Virus record (IMG/VR): IMGVR_UViG_3300034061_005476
Location: 1 to 34,279 of that record
Length of the DNA: 34,279 nucleotides
Origin: a virus
Lineage: Duplodnaviria > Caudoviricetes
Strand: one strand, 5' to 3'
The position numbers and the translations under genes were made by a program. The notes below the pieces were generated by a model, which made no database searches, was not told the DNA's origin, and was given only the letters and a program-made list of their open reading frames with translations. Within the stretch, counting starts at the first letter, position 1. Every line of letters begins with the position of its first letter. This document shows positions 19,501-30,357 of the stretch, piece after piece.

Positions 19501-22500
19501 CAGAAGGTAATGATGTACCAGCACCAATTTGCATTGCACTAGCACCCACTCCAATAAATGTTGATTTTGGTGTGTAGATAAGTTCTTCTAAATCGCTAAA
19601 GAAGTGATTTTGTATATTAAATACTCCTGTTGATTGATTTAAAATTGTTGGATCTGAAGGATTAAATGTTTTTGCAAAAATTGAATTTCCATCAGAAGTT
19701 AAATTAAAATCAGTTCTATTGATTCTATTCCCATTAATTGCATTATACAGTTTAAGATCAATGGATTCCTCTACGGTTCCGTAACTTAAAGTTGGAGCAG
19801 TATTTTGAGTATCTAAAGTTGTATATAAACATTGATTAAATGCTAAAATATTAACCTCAGAAGTTATTGTTGGTTCTGGATAGAATTTTAGTATAAAATT
19901 ACTACCAGAATATTCTCCACCAAAAGTTCCAATTCCATTTGTGCTTCCAACAGAAGAAAGAACACGACTTTGGAAATATGGCGATTGTTGAACATAAATG
20001 TTAGTTTCGTCCTGCACTAACATAATTTGGTGAAGAGCAGTTGTCGATCCAACACTGACTTCCACCAAAGATTTAACTGCATTAAAATTGGATTTATCCA
20101 ATGATATGATAGTTGATGCGGAAGAAACTGTGGATGAATAAGTCGATTGATATACCGCACTTCTCTCATTTCCTGGAATTTGACCCGGAGATATAAACCT
20201 ATATGCACCAGCGCCGACAGATGTTGTACCAAACCCAACAATCTTTGATCTAACATCTACCAGATTTGAAGAGTTGCTTATATAATTTAATGATAAAATT
20301 CCAGAAGAAATATTTGCCGTGAATATTCCTATGTTATTTCCAGAATAATAATTACTTGAAAATTCCGAATCAAAATAATATTCTGAGATATAAGTGTCTG
20401 TTCCATCGTGATTCAAGTATACTTCAACAAAGTTCATTTGATTTGTTTCTGAATCAACAATCTGGACATTTGAATACAATGAAGAAAACTTATTTGATTC
20501 TACGGATATAATTGAAGTTTGTATTCCAGTTGTTGCAGTTCTATTGGAACCAGTTAGATTGATGAATCCAACAGAAGTTGTTCCAATTCCAGGTAAAGTA
20601 GAATTAAAATTACTATTAATTAGTTTGATATCATAATCAATATTGAATGGATCATTGGGAATAAATCTTAAATAATTGATATCATCTGCATCATCTTCAA
20701 CTAATAAAAATTCTCCGATAGGTTCTCCCGAAATATGGGTAAGTCCTACTCCAGTATTAACTAGCGTTGACTTTTCCGCTAAAAATGAATTATTTCCATC
20801 ATTCAATAAAACTAATTCCGTTAATTGAATTTGCGTATTATCGAGACTGGAAACCCGGACTAATATATTATCATAAGATGACCCAGAATTTAATTCCAAT
20901 AAATTAATAGATTCACTTGGATTTCCATCAGCATCTGAAAATTGACGATTTATGTTATCTATTTTTAAAACTACATTACTTCTACACTCAATGTAATCGG
21001 TTAATTTTTTATTTTTTAATTTTAAAAATTTTGAAGAAGATCCAACTACATCAATATCCTTTACTAAATCAAAATCATAAATTGTATCCACTCTGTTTTC
21101 TTCTATTATATCATAAAGTATAGTTGTAAAATTCTCCGAGGTTGTAATTCCAGAATTCGCAGTTGATGTAATTCCCGTGTCTGCAAAATTTTTCAATCCA
21201 CTTGTATGAACTAAACTATTAACCGGTGTTCTTAATTCTTGATATGCAATTGGACTCTTTACTGTATAAGAAAGATTTTGATAATAGTCATTATCGGGAA
21301 TTACTTGATTATCTTGATCCAATTTACCAATATCATTGGACCATCCAATATTTTTTTCAACTGAATAATCGACCTTAAATCTGCCAGTTCCAGATTCAAT
21401 TTTATCTATTGTTGCTATATTTCCGGAGTCTTTCCCTACAATAATTTCCCCAACAGACAACTCATAGGTTCCAGATACTTTAATAAATGAATTTTCATAC
21501 GAAGAAATTTTCAAATCTCTTTCAATATTGTTTGAAATAAGTTTTTCCCCGACAATAAATTGAGATGGAATTTGAGATACATTAAATGTGGGATAATCAG
21601 TACTTTTTATAATATTTCCAATAGAATCCTGAATTGTTTTTGCTATCCCTGTGTTTGTAGTTAAACCAGAAATATTAATTGTTACCGAATCAAGAACTCC
21701 AGCAGTATTAATACTACTAATTGTAAAAAATTCATATCCATAGTCTTCTGAATTGAATCCAGTCCCTTCGGTGCTAAATTTTTGAATTCCTTCTACAAAT
21801 ACCTTATCACCAACACTAAAGGGATAAGGAACAAAAGTAGAGAATCCTAGAGTTGGTGTTGTTATGAAGCAAGTAAAAATTCCACTCGAAGAAGATTGAA
21901 CTTGTTGAATACTAATTCCATTAGTATTATTAGTGGTGAATAATTGAACTGATGTTTCGGGAAGACCCTTTGGTTGTTGTATAATACTTACAGAGTCGAT
22001 AGAATTTCCTGATAATTTTGCTTCTAATATTCCACTATCAATTTTTTCGCCAGTATCAGAATTTACAATTATTACTGATGGAGAATCAGTATATCCCCTT
22101 CCACCATCAGTAACCGTGATAATTCCAATTGTATTGGAGTTTTTAATTGTAACTAGTGGAGATATTGATGCAGTTGGTTGTAAAGTTTTATCCGAAGAAT
22201 ATTCAAATCCTTCATTAATTATTCTTACTTCCTTTACATTACCTATAGATGTTGATTTTGCGGTAATATAAGCATCTTTTCCACTGATAGAATTAGATCC
22301 TATGAATGTCGGAAGTTTTTTATATCCAGATCCACCAGAAATGATATTAATTCTATCAATAGGACCTTTTGCTGATAGTGAAGTTGTAGTATATTTTAAT
22401 TTATCACATTCATTTTGAGTATATGTTAATTTTTCTGGTTTTTTAGATAAAGAAACAGTAAATGTTGTTGCTCCTACACCAGAAATTGTATAATTAGAAT

Positions 22501-25500
22501 TGTATACACTATTAGTAAATAATATTTCAGAATAATTATTCACTTCTGTGTCGGAAGTGCTAATATATCCGGATTTTTCTAAATTATAATATAACTGAGT
22601 GGGTAAATCATCACTATAATTAATTGTTAGGGAAGCATTAGTGGAGACTCCAACAGTTCCTATGCCAGATAGTGTAAATAATCCCGAAGACGGAGTTGAA
22701 ACAAACTCATTATTATAATTTTGATCATAATAAAGTTTAAATTTATATCCCGCTAAAGAATTATCTGATAAATTGAATACAAGGTTATTATTTTTAATTG
22801 ATTCAATTTGGGGATTTATTAATGAAATACTTTGATTTGAACCACCAGTTCCGGCAATACTTACTGTTGTTGGGGGAATGGTTTTAGAGTCTAGATATGT
22901 TTCAGAAAGTTTTATTGTATTATCATTAACTCGGTAAACATAATAAAGTCCAGTTGATAATCCAGATGCAACTACATTAGATGAATATAGAATTTTATCT
23001 CCGGTTTTTAAGTTATGTGAATTAATTGAAATAGTATTTGTTGATGTGTTAATTCCGGTTGAACTAAATCCAATTGGATTGATTAAAATGTTTCCAGTTA
23101 TTAAATCTCTTTTTACTCTAATGCCAGTAGAAGTTCCAATACCAACAGAAAGATTTGGTTCGATACTTAAACTAATAACATCTCCACTAGAAAGTTCGTG
23201 AGAAGTTGATACTGAAACTACAGATTTAACTCTTTCAACTTTTCCAATTATTTGTGGATATACGCTTTCAAATGAATACTTGTCATTATTATCACCATTA
23301 GTAATAAAAAACACCTCAGAAGAGTTAAGAGTAGTTTTTATTCCAATAGTATTAATATTCTTATCAGTTACATATACATTTTGAGGCAAATCAAATTGAG
23401 TTCCTGTTGGTGAAGTTGAAATTGAGATATTTGCTAAACCATTTCTTGAAAATATTACTTGCTGATTATTTGTAAATGGATGATTCTCAATATAAATTCC
23501 CTGTGTTGGAACAATTCTGGTAATATTAGAGTCTCCAAATTCAAATGTTAGTTTATTTGTAATTCCGGGAGTAGTACCAATTCCTACTGATTGTACTGGA
23601 TTAAAAAACACCTTATTATTTACATTAGACTCAAAGTAATCTATTTTTTGTGAAATAATAAATGAATCTGGAATAAAGTTTATTTGAGTAGTTGCTGTAT
23701 GAGATACTCCAGTAGATCCTCTTTGTACTTTAAGTATATTAAGGTTTTTATATACTTCAAGCACCGATAGTGTTTCACTGCCTATTCTAATACTACTTCC
23801 CACGGATACCGTTGTTGGAAGTTGAGTAATGTAAATCTCAGTTGTAAATCCAGATGTTGATGATGGAATATCCTTAAGAACATTTGAATAATAGGAAGAT
23901 ACTCCAATCTTGTATGAATTATTTAATTTAGACAGGTTGGTTGAAAATCCCGAAATTGCAACAAAATCATTATTTGATAGATTATGATGTGGTTTAATAG
24001 TGACTTCTACTTCTCCTTCACCTTTATAAGTAAAAATAGAATTTTCGTAAGTTTCTACTGAAGTGTCTATCTTTACAATATCCTTTCCTTCTATTGAAGA
24101 AACTCTTGCAATTAATCCACCTCCAAAAGTATTAGTATCATCAAAATTTAAAACATCATTAACTTTATAATCAGATCCAGAATTAATAATATCAAAAGAA
24201 CTTACAAATCCTTGGGATACTGATTCAACAATTGACTCTTGTGTTGTAATTTCATTAGTCTCTATTATAAAATCATTTTTTGCATAATTATCGGATACTT
24301 TATAAGGTAAGGTATTTCTAAGTAAATTTGAGTTATTAAAATTAAATGTTTGATTTAAGATGGAGTTTTCTTCTATTGTATTAGATCTAAATTTATTTCC
24401 TATAAAATATGGAAATTTTGGCGTAAAGGAAGTATCAAGGGTTGTAAAATATGCATATACTCCATTTGGAAATTCTGGAGTTTTTCCAAATCTTCCATTA
24501 TTTTCATCTAAGTCTCCAGAATTCGTATACTCATAGTCTTCAATAAAGAATCCTGCAGCAAAGTTTGATGGTCTATCAATAATATTAGAAGGATTTAGCG
24601 TATATCCAGATTCTAAAAGTTTAGGAATAGAATTTGAATTTTCCGAATCTGAATACCCATATGGTCCATATATTGGATTTCCATCATATGCCCATCCGAT
24701 TATATTGGATACTTGCAATCCATTGTCACCAAATGAAGTTCTTAAGTTTTCGAAATATCCACAAACAGAATACTGCAATTGATTTTCGGTTTCTATTAAA
24801 ATTTCATCACCAAACTTTACATTATTATTGACAGTTAAAGATCTAATATTAGCATTTAAAATTGCATTGGAACCTGCAGGTCTCACTTCAATTATTGTGG
24901 AACTACTGGAGTATCCAATTCCTGGATTTACTATCTTAATATCTGTTATTTTTTGGTTAGTAATGACTGGTCTTAAATCTGCTCCGGATCCGGCACCAGT
25001 TAAATCAGTTACAACCAAATCGGGAGTTGAATAATAATCAATTCCACCATATTGAATATTTACAGAATTAATTTGACCATTCACAATAATTGGTTTTAAT
25101 TTTGCCTCAGATCCAGTTTTTATTGATATTAATGGTTTTTTCTCAAGATTTAAAATTGTAGATCCATATCCAGTTCCAGTTTCATATAGATAAGCATCTA
25201 TAATACTACCTTTAACAACGGGAGTTGCCACAAGAGATTGAATCTGTTGAGTTGTAGTACCAAATCCAACTGGTGTATACTGTATGAAAACGGAAATATC
25301 AGGGTAACTAAAATATTGATAACCAGATCCAACAGAAGAAAATTTAATATAATTTTTTCTATTGTAGTTTGATATGTTAGTTCCGCCAATTCCAGCATCA
25401 CAAAGTCTAAAGGAATCATCATTATTTTTCAGTACATAATATTGAGATAATGTAGAAATTCCAATTGTAGATGTTTCATATCGATAAGTTATAAGTTCTC

Positions 25501-28414
25501 CACTCTCAAATCCGTGGTTTTCGAAATTAATTGTATTATTGTATGTTGATATTCCTGATGAAGAGACAATTAATTCTCTATTTGTGTATCCAGAACCACC
25601 ATTTAATATTTTAATCTCTGATATTGTATTTTTAAATGATGCAGTCGAAAATTTATGAATTCCTGCAGTATTAGTTCCATTAAAAGATATTGTATTGATC
25701 CCAGATAGGTAATCCGAATTAGTCTGATAGAGTCTAATGGTTCTATTATTATCAATTTTGGAATAATATGTTGCGTTATTGATCAAAGTTAAATTTGTGG
25801 TTCCAATACCAATTGAAGAATTTCCATTGGAATTATAAACTATCAATTCACCATTACTTAAATTGTGGTCCGTTAAAAATACTAATTGATTTGTGGTTGA
25901 ACTAATTCCTCCAGAATTTGTCGATAATCTTCCGTCAAAGAAAATATCTCTCCTTCTTTTTGTTAAAATAGGTTCTAGTACGCAATCAGATCCATTACCT
26001 CCGGTTATACCAATAGATACAATTGTATTGATATCATAATCTTGAGAATCAATATAAACTTTTTCAATTGACCCACTAACTACCGGATGAACTAATGCCG
26101 TAGAACCGGATCCGGGAGAAACTGATATTAATGGAGGATTAATAACATCATATCCAATTCCACCATTTAATACACTAATAGACTCTAGAGGTCCGTAGTA
26201 TACTTTATCATTGGATTTATAATTATTAATTTCTACACCATTAATTAACATTCCAACTGAACCTGGAAGTGTCAATTCCCCATTTCCAGTATCAATACTC
26301 TCAGATAATGGAAATTTTTTAAATAATTTTTGAGCACCAATTATACCAGATTTTTGAGAGTATAATGTGAATCTATGGGTTTGATTAACAAAATCAGAAT
26401 CAGAAAATGTTAAAAAACTATTAGTTCCAACAAATGATAGTGATGAGTATAGTCTTATTTTATTGGAGGGATCTAGAACTTGTACATAATAATCTCCAGT
26501 ATCCAATCCAACAATTGGTGCTCCTGATGGTTGATAATAAATTCTGTCACCAGTGATAAATGGAACAGGATTTTGAAATACTATACTTGTGTAGTTGTCA
26601 TCTATTTCATCGGATAGATCAACTGCAACTGATGAGTTAATATTTTTCGTTATTTTATATGTAAAATTTACATCATATTCAGGTTGGCCTAATGCATCTC
26701 TACCCGATGGTGTATCTCTACCCGATGGTAATGAGTTAGACGCTACATAGGCATACTCATCGTCAGTATATAAATTTTGAATATCTGATAAAATAACATT
26801 ATTTCCAAATTGTATTGGAACTAATGTACTATTTGCCGTATTAATTTTTCTTCTTAAATCATACTGCACTCCATTTTCTGCAGTGAAAGTTAAATTATCA
26901 ATAATAACTCTATTTTCTGAAACAATAATATTTGAAACATATGCACCAGATGAAGATACTACATTATTAGTATCTCTTTTTAAGATTTCTACTTCATCTC
27001 CAATTTTTAAACTAGATTTGTCAATTGGACTTTTTAAAATAAAATTATTAATATTTTCTATTTCATATCTAGATCCAGTATTGTATATCCAAGAATTTGC
27101 AAAAACTTCTTTATATGTTTTGTTATTTTGTGGATTTTGAATTAGATCTCCAATATTTTTAACCGAGATTATTTGCCCTTCATCCAAATTTAAAGTATCA
27201 GATACTTGAACAAATTTGGATAATACCCCAGTAAGTCTTAACTCAACTTTTTTGTTAAGATCTCCATTTTCATATCCAAAATAAATTTCATCAGATCTTA
27301 TATTTGCAGAAGGTAAGATTGAAGATGTAATTCCGGTACATCCAAAAAACTGATTAATACTTTTACTGGTGTAGGTAATTGTATTGATTCCGGATATGAT
27401 TGTTCCTTGCTCCGGAAATCCAATTGTAGAATCTACTGAAATTACAGATGATCCAACAGGGACATTTTTTAAACTTTTTGTATTTGGAGTAATTGTGAAA
27501 TTTCCAAGAATAGCGGAAGTATCAGTATATCCAACAAAAAGTGAAATTTTAAAATATTGTATGTTATTCCTAGTAAATGGTTCTATTTCGGAAATTGAGG
27601 CACTAGTATTCTCATCATTAAATTTTTTAATAGTTTGACCCACCAATTTAGAAGGATCTCCAGAAATTCTTTCTGCAATTACAACCTCTCTTCTTACATA
27701 TTCTGCCGAAGATGGTTTAATTAAAAACTCTTCTAAATTTACTACTTGGGGCGTTACTCCATATAAAATATTGAATAAAATTCTAAATGATTCGTCAGTT
27801 CCTTTTGCCTGGTAAAAGGATCTTGCTTCTTTTATAAAATTACCAGCATTTAAATTTGATACAAAATCAAATTCTTCTAGACCAGGAGTAAAAGTATATT
27901 TTATTTTTTTATAAAACTCTTTTAAGAATAAAGAACTTAGATTTTGTACAGAAGATCCTAAAATATGAGATGCCGCTGTTGACGGTGAAAATACCAGTTC
28001 TTCTTGATTTAAATTTGCATGGTAACTTGTAATACCACTAAATGCACGAATACATCCAGTGAATGTGTTTGTAGTCAATCCAGTATATGTTATAATCTCA
28101 TCATCAATTTTCAATAATCCATAAGTTTGAGGAAATCCCTTAGTACTACTGACGGTAATTGTAGTATCAGTAGAAGAAATTCCTGAAACAGTATATGTAC
28201 TATCTACTACTACTTCGGGAGTTAGGTTATCTAACTTTAAATATTGATCTAAATTTTCCGCAATATCAATTGGACCACTTTGATATTCTTGAGAAATATA
28301 ATATTGCTTTAAAAATTCCACCGCATTTGGACTTTCATCCAAAATAAAATTCGGAAGTTGATTTTCAATAACTTGTTGAACCTTAACTCTAGATTCGAAC
28401 CCAGTCTGTATCAT
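16496..28414 (-). CDS. gp7: Baseplate wedge initiator (cyanophage gp7-like), giant multi-domain protein
   Basis: 3972 aa between gp6 and gp8. Contains N-terminal VIENQLP.FI...FLKQYY.SQE, FYQAKGT.ESFRILF, YYQNLSYTVKS and LVHTSG.KNF, plus a YHYH-like IGWAYDGNPIYGPYGY segment and many G.GY repeat modules. Confidence 0.87.
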   Translation of the reverse strand: MIQTGFESRVKVQQVIENQLPNFILDESPNAVEFLKQYYISQEYQSGPIDIAENLDQYLKLDNLTPEVVVDSTYTVSGISSTDTTITVSSTKGFPQTYGLLKIDDEIITYTGLTTNTFTGCIRAFSGITSYHANLNQEELVFSPSTAASHILGSSVQNLSSLFLKEFYKKIKYTFTPGLEEFDFVSNLNAGNFIKEARSFYQAKGTDESFRILFNILYGVTPQVVNLEEFLIKPSSAEYVRREVVIAERISGDPSKLVGQTIKKFNDENTSASISEIEPFTRNNIQYFKISLFVGYTDTSAILGNFTITPNTKSLKNVPVGSSVISVDSTIGFPEQGTIISGINTITYTSKSINQFFGCTGITSSILPSANIRSDEIYFGYENGDLNKKVELRLTGVLSKFVQVSDTLNLDEGQIISVKNIGDLIQNPQNNKTYKEVFANSWIYNTGSRYEIENINNFILKSPIDKSSLKIGDEVEILKRDTNNVVSSSGAYVSNIIVSENRVIIDNLTFTAENGVQYDLRRKINTANSTLVPIQFGNNVILSDIQNLYTDDEYAYVASNSLPSGRDTPSGRDALGQPEYDVNFTYKITKNINSSVAVDLSDEIDDNYTSIVFQNPVPFITGDRIYYQPSGAPIVGLDTGDYYVQVLDPSNKIRLYSSLSFVGTNSFLTFSDSDFVNQTHRFTLYSQKSGIIGAQKLFKKFPLSESIDTGNGELTLPGSVGMLINGVEINNYKSNDKVYYGPLESISVLNGGIGYDVINPPLISVSPGSGSTALVHPVVSGSIEKVYIDSQDYDINTIVSIGITGGNGSDCVLEPILTKRRRDIFFDGRLSTNSGGISSTTNQLVFLTDHNLSNGELIVYNSNGNSSIGIGTTNLTLINNATYYSKIDNNRTIRLYQTNSDYLSGINTISFNGTNTAGIHKFSTASFKNTISEIKILNGGSGYTNRELIVSSSGISTYNNTINFENHGFESGELITYRYETSTIGISTLSQYYVLKNNDDSFRLCDAGIGGTNISNYNRKNYIKFSSVGSGYQYFSYPDISVFIQYTPVGFGTTTQQIQSLVATPVVKGSIIDAYLYETGTGYGSTILNLEKKPLISIKTGSEAKLKPIIVNGQINSVNIQYGGIDYYSTPDLVVTDLTGAGSGADLRPVITNQKITDIKIVNPGIGYSSSSTIIEVRPAGSNAILNANIRSLTVNNNVKFGDEILIETENQLQYSVCGYFENLRTSFGDNGLQVSNIIGWAYDGNPIYGPYGYSDSENSNSIPKLLESGYTLNPSNIIDRPSNFAAGFFIEDYEYTNSGDLDENNGRFGKTPEFPNGVYAYFTTLDTSFTPKFPYFIGNKFRSNTIEENSILNQTFNFNNSNLLRNTLPYKVSDNYAKNDFIIETNEITTQESIVESVSQGFVSSFDIINSGSDYKVNDVLNFDDTNTFGGGLIARVSSIEGKDIVKIDTSVETYENSIFTYKGEGEVEVTIKPHHNLSNNDFVAISGFSTNLSKLNNSYKIGVSSYYSNVLKDIPSSTSGFTTEIYITQLPTTVSVGSSIRIGSETLSVLEVYKNLNILKVQRGSTGVSHTATTQINFIPDSFIISQKIDYFESNVNNKVFFNPVQSVGIGTTPGITNKLTFEFGDSNITRIVPTQGIYIENHPFTNNQQVIFSRNGLANISISTSPTGTQFDLPQNVYVTDKNINTIGIKTTLNSSEVFFITNGDNNDKYSFESVYPQIIGKVERVKSVVSVSTSHELSSGDVISLSIEPNLSVGIGTSTGIRVKRDLITGNILINPIGFSSTGINTSTNTISINSHNLKTGDKILYSSNVVASGLSTGLYYVYRVNDNTIKLSETYLDSKTIPPTTVSIAGTGGSNQSISLINPQIESIKNNNLVFNLSDNSLAGYKFKLYYDQNYNNEFVSTPSSGLFTLSGIGTVGVSTNASLTINYSDDLPTQLYYNLEKSGYISTSDTEVNNYSEILFTNSVYNSNYTISGVGATTFTVSLSKKPEKLTYTQNECDKLKYTTTSLSAKGPIDRINIISGGSGYKKLPTFIGSNSISGKDAYITAKSTSIGNVKEVRIINEGFEYSSDKTLQPTASISPLVTIKNSNTIGIITVTDGGRGYTDSPSVIIVNSDTGEKIDSGILEAKLSGNSIDSVSIIQQPKGLPETSVQLFTTNNTNGISIQQVQSSSSGIFTCFITTPTLGFSTFVPYPFSVGDKVFVEGIQKFSTEGTGFNSEDYGYEFFTISSINTAGVLDSVTINISGLTTNTGIAKTIQDSIGNIIKSTDYPTFNVSQIPSQFIVGEKLISNNIERDLKISSYENSFIKVSGTYELSVGEIIVGKDSGNIATIDKIESGTGRFKVDYSVEKNIGWSNDIGKLDQDNQVIPDNDYYQNLSYTVKSPIAYQELRTPVNSLVHTSGLKNFADTGITSTANSGITTSENFTTILYDIIEENRVDTIYDFDLVKDIDVVGSSSKFLKLKNKKLTDYIECRSNVVLKIDNINRQFSDADGNPSESINLLELNSGSSYDNILVRVSSLDNTQIQLTELVLLNDGNNSFLAEKSTLVNTGVGLTHISGEPIGEFLLVEDDADDINYLRFIPNDPFNIDYDIKLINSNFNSTLPGIGTTSVGFINLTGSNRTATTGIQTSIISVESNKFSSLYSNVQIVDSETNQMNFVEVYLNHDGTDTYISEYYFDSEFSSNYYSGNNIGIFTANISSGILSLNYISNSSNLVDVRSKIVGFGTTSVGAGAYRFISPGQIPGNERSAVYQSTYSSTVSSASTIISLDKSNFNAVKSLVEVSVGSTTALHQIMLVQDETNIYVQQSPYFQSRVLSSVGSTNGIGTFGGEYSGSNFILKFYPEPTITSEVNILAFNQCLYTTLDTQNTAPTLSYGTVEESIDLKLYNAINGNRINRTDFNLTSDGNSIFAKTFNPSDPTILNQSTGVFNIQNHFFSDLEELIYTPKSTFIGVGASAMQIGAGTSLPSEVYVIKLSDNTFKLATSKSNAISGIGVTFTSEGSGNAHQLEMDKKLEKALITIDNVVQYPLLFTPISYNLLGNGGQISAGSSVFALSGISTIIPKDILKIDNEYMGIINVGLGTTNVGPITNSGNINLVEVTRGFVGSSATTHTDSTPVRIYKGSYNIVDSNIFFAESPRGNPQIIRDSSNLTFETSDFTGRVFLRNDYTSNQVYDDISSQFTGIGRTFTLTVGGANTVGLGTTGGNGILFINGVFQTPTTLNNPENNFSIIENTVSGISSVVFSGITSAGTGTIITSEFDVNQNQTPRGGIIISLGSSTGLGYAPLVGAAVTAVVGAGGSIVSVGLGTTDNLGSGYNGIVSIGVSVYQSGHIGDTAIITASVGAGGTLSFTVGAGGTGYTNPKVFVSEPSYENLSVTGVSRLGVGTTTSTGIGLLLNVEVGASSTTGIGSTYFEVSRFSISRQGYSFRRGDVFKPVGLVTAKGLASPLSEFQLTVVDTFSDSFAAWQFGEFDYIDSIKNYQDGVRTRFPLFYNNELLSFESLEGSQVNLANALLIVINGVIQDPGVAYEFEGGTSFVFTTAPRPEDNVAIFFYKGTDGDDVIVNDTINETLKRGDTVQVLKNNSIPETITQDKRTIFDLSSSDKFETNLYSNQGVDSENYKPLSWIKQKVDRKINGEDVYKTRDSIESLVYPTAKIIKDFSTTSDEIFVDNAEFFEYDLEGSEKFDALVISGSPDAVSARITAVVSAAGTIQSLVINSSGSGYTGASVAVKISSPPKIIEINDEGAIVSVGSTATATIAVGVAGTLTTPITITNPGFGYTTLNPPKVIVPLPDPIYENLSEISIVNGFSGIITGITTTTGSGGNPLALRFHLNAPSFTDLSIGYPIYIFDTRVGRGVTSIDTSNSAVVGIGTTFIDNIYYIHQFSSSGAVGIITCNILSTTSTIGLSSSGNVSNPIGKFSWGRMSGFSRSSSPISIGVTGNTVDVGLSTFATIQRRGVGIRQTGALPKLL
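26696..26729 (-). repeat. In-frame 18-bp-period tandem duplication in gp7
   Basis: atctctacccgatggt at 26696-26711 and 26714-26729. Protein reads LPSGRDTPSGRDA. Confidence 0.95.
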
Positions 28415-28415
28415 A

Positions 28416-30356
28416 TTACGCTCTTATTAGATTTCCGTTTGAATAACTTGAAGTATAATAGTCTCTGGCAAATACTGTACCAGATATTTCATCACCAGAA
28501 GCAATTACATCTCTTACCATATTTATTGTGCTTTTTTCAATGCTAAAATTTAAATAAAGATCTCTCAGACCAACAACATCATTAGATTCTGGAAATGCCT
28601 GTATTTCGATAATGTCATTCTCTTTAGATGTTGAAATAATGTTTATGGTTCCTAATTTAATTTCACCTTTTGTATAATCAACTGTTCCGGCAGATTTTAC
28701 AACAATTCTTGTAGTTCCGTCGCTTAAAGGTTTTACTATTGATAATATTCCCTTTCCACTTCCATCTAAATTTCCACTAGAATCCTTGTTTGGAACATCT
28801 GTTAGGTATACGGTATCTGGATCTGCAGAAATTTTAAATCCTGTGCTTTTGATATTAAAACCATCGGAATTTATATGAAACTTATTTCCAAAGCATAGTT
28901 CGTATTGAGCAAACTGATTTATCAGCGCCTTCAAATCTCTTCTAATTCTAACCTTAGTGATATTAGAAGTTATAGAAATATCAGTATTATCAATTATTTG
29001 AAGAACCTTACTATACTTAAATCTTCCGCCAAATGAATTAAGATCCACAGAATTTGAATATTCCGTCAGTGAATTTACAACTTTTGTCTTTAGTGATTCT
29101 ACTGCAGATACCTGAGCATAGTTATAGTAAATTGATGAATCAATTTCTACATATAACATCTTAAGATCAATTATTTCTTGATTAATTCCGGAAATGCTAT
29201 ATTGTTTTAATTTGTTTTTAATTTGTTGTTTATTGAAATCTGAAACAAAAGTTCCATTTTTTGGTTTAATACTTATAAATACTGTTCCAAATTTTGCGGG
29301 AATCATTTCTTCACCACCAATAACTGCAACTGATTCGGTATCTGGATATATTTTTTTTATAATTGCCTCATAATCTCTTGATGTTACTGCTCTATATTGA
29401 GAGGAATAAATTCTTGGAGCAAAATATTTAACAGAATCTATGGATTCTATTTCAGATCCATTTTGAGATGGTTGATTTGTTGTGATTGAGGCTGAACCTA
29501 TATCAATTGTCGCATTACTTGCATTTCTAATACTTCCAGAAAAAGAAAATGAAGAAGCACCATTACCCTCTTCACCATCGGTAACAATATAATTTACCGT
29601 GATTACCGCATTATTTTCTAATTTTTGCCCAATAAGACCATCGCCAAAAAGTAATTCATATTTTTCATCCTGAACTTCTTGTAAGAGATAGATTCTTGAA
29701 GACGAATTTACTTCAAGAATATTATCAACAGAAGAATATTCAACTCCAAGACCGCTATCATTAATTCCTTTCACATAGACTGAGATGGTGGAAGTGTCTA
29801 TAAATGAATTGTTCAGTATAAATCTTTGGTCCAGGGATCCGTCCACCACAAATTGTTTTGTTAAAAATGTCCCCTGATAGATATCAATTCCAGTAACTTC
29901 CCCAGAAGGATTAATCTTATTAAAAGTAAAGGAACCGTTAGATTCCACTTTAGTTGTAATATTTTCCGGAATTGAAAATGTATATGAAGTATTATCAACT
30001 GACCCTACACACACTAGACCTGCCTGTAAGGTAAGTGTGGGAGTGTTTTGGTTTGTAGTGCCAGTAATTGTTACTTGTGCCTTTGCTGCCGTTCTGGAGC
30101 GAGGGACATAACCAATATTTCTTGCCAGTGAAACTACATTTTCACGAACAGTTGCAGAATCCAAGAAGGATTCATTCACAATCATATTCGAGTTAAATGC
30201 CGTAATATAGGTATTATATGCCAGAGTATCTATTAATACAGAAAAGTTAGACCCCTCAAAGTCAAAATCCGTGAATGTAGAGTTGGCACGGAGATAATCT
30301 TTGATGGAGGTCTTTATCTGATCGAAATCTAGATTTGTAAATTTGGTGAAAGGCAT
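28416..30356 (-). CDS. gp6: Baseplate wedge subunit (T4 gp6-like)
   Basis: LDFDQIK.SIKDYL, FTDFDFEGSN.SVLID.LAYNTY, ESFLDSATVRENVVSLARNIGY.PRS and RAVT.RDY motifs. Confidence 0.95.
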   Translation of the reverse strand: MPFTKFTNLDFDQIKTSIKDYLRANSTFTDFDFEGSNFSVLIDTLAYNTYITAFNSNMIVNESFLDSATVRENVVSLARNIGYVPRSRTAAKAQVTITGTTNQNTPTLTLQAGLVCVGSVDNTSYTFSIPENITTKVESNGSFTFNKINPSGEVTGIDIYQGTFLTKQFVVDGSLDQRFILNNSFIDTSTISVYVKGINDSGLGVEYSSVDNILEVNSSSRIYLLQEVQDEKYELLFGDGLIGQKLENNAVITVNYIVTDGEEGNGASSFSFSGSIRNASNATIDIGSASITTNQPSQNGSEIESIDSVKYFAPRIYSSQYRAVTSRDYEAIIKKIYPDTESVAVIGGEEMIPAKFGTVFISIKPKNGTFVSDFNKQQIKNKLKQYSISGINQEIIDLKMLYVEIDSSIYYNYAQVSAVESLKTKVVNSLTEYSNSVDLNSFGGRFKYSKVLQIIDNTDISITSNITKVRIRRDLKALINQFAQYELCFGNKFHINSDGFNIKSTGFKISADPDTVYLTDVPNKDSSGNLDGSGKGILSIVKPLSDGTTRIVVKSAGTVDYTKGEIKLGTINIISTSKENDIIEIQAFPESNDVVGLRDLYLNFSIEKSTINMVRDVIASGDEISGTVFARDYYTSSYSNGNLIRA

Positions 30357-30357
30357 T

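Noticed and set aside
7526-28414. Inteins, introns or stop-codon recoding as the cause of the very long genes
   Set aside because: No Hint/LAGLIDADG motifs or frame interruptions were seen. TAA, TAG and TGA all act as stops at tight gene junctions, consistent with the standard code.
14948-28546. Short plus-strand and off-frame ORFs within gp8, gp7 and gp6
   Set aside because: Nested in conserved structural genes, with no motifs, and at lengths expected by chance.
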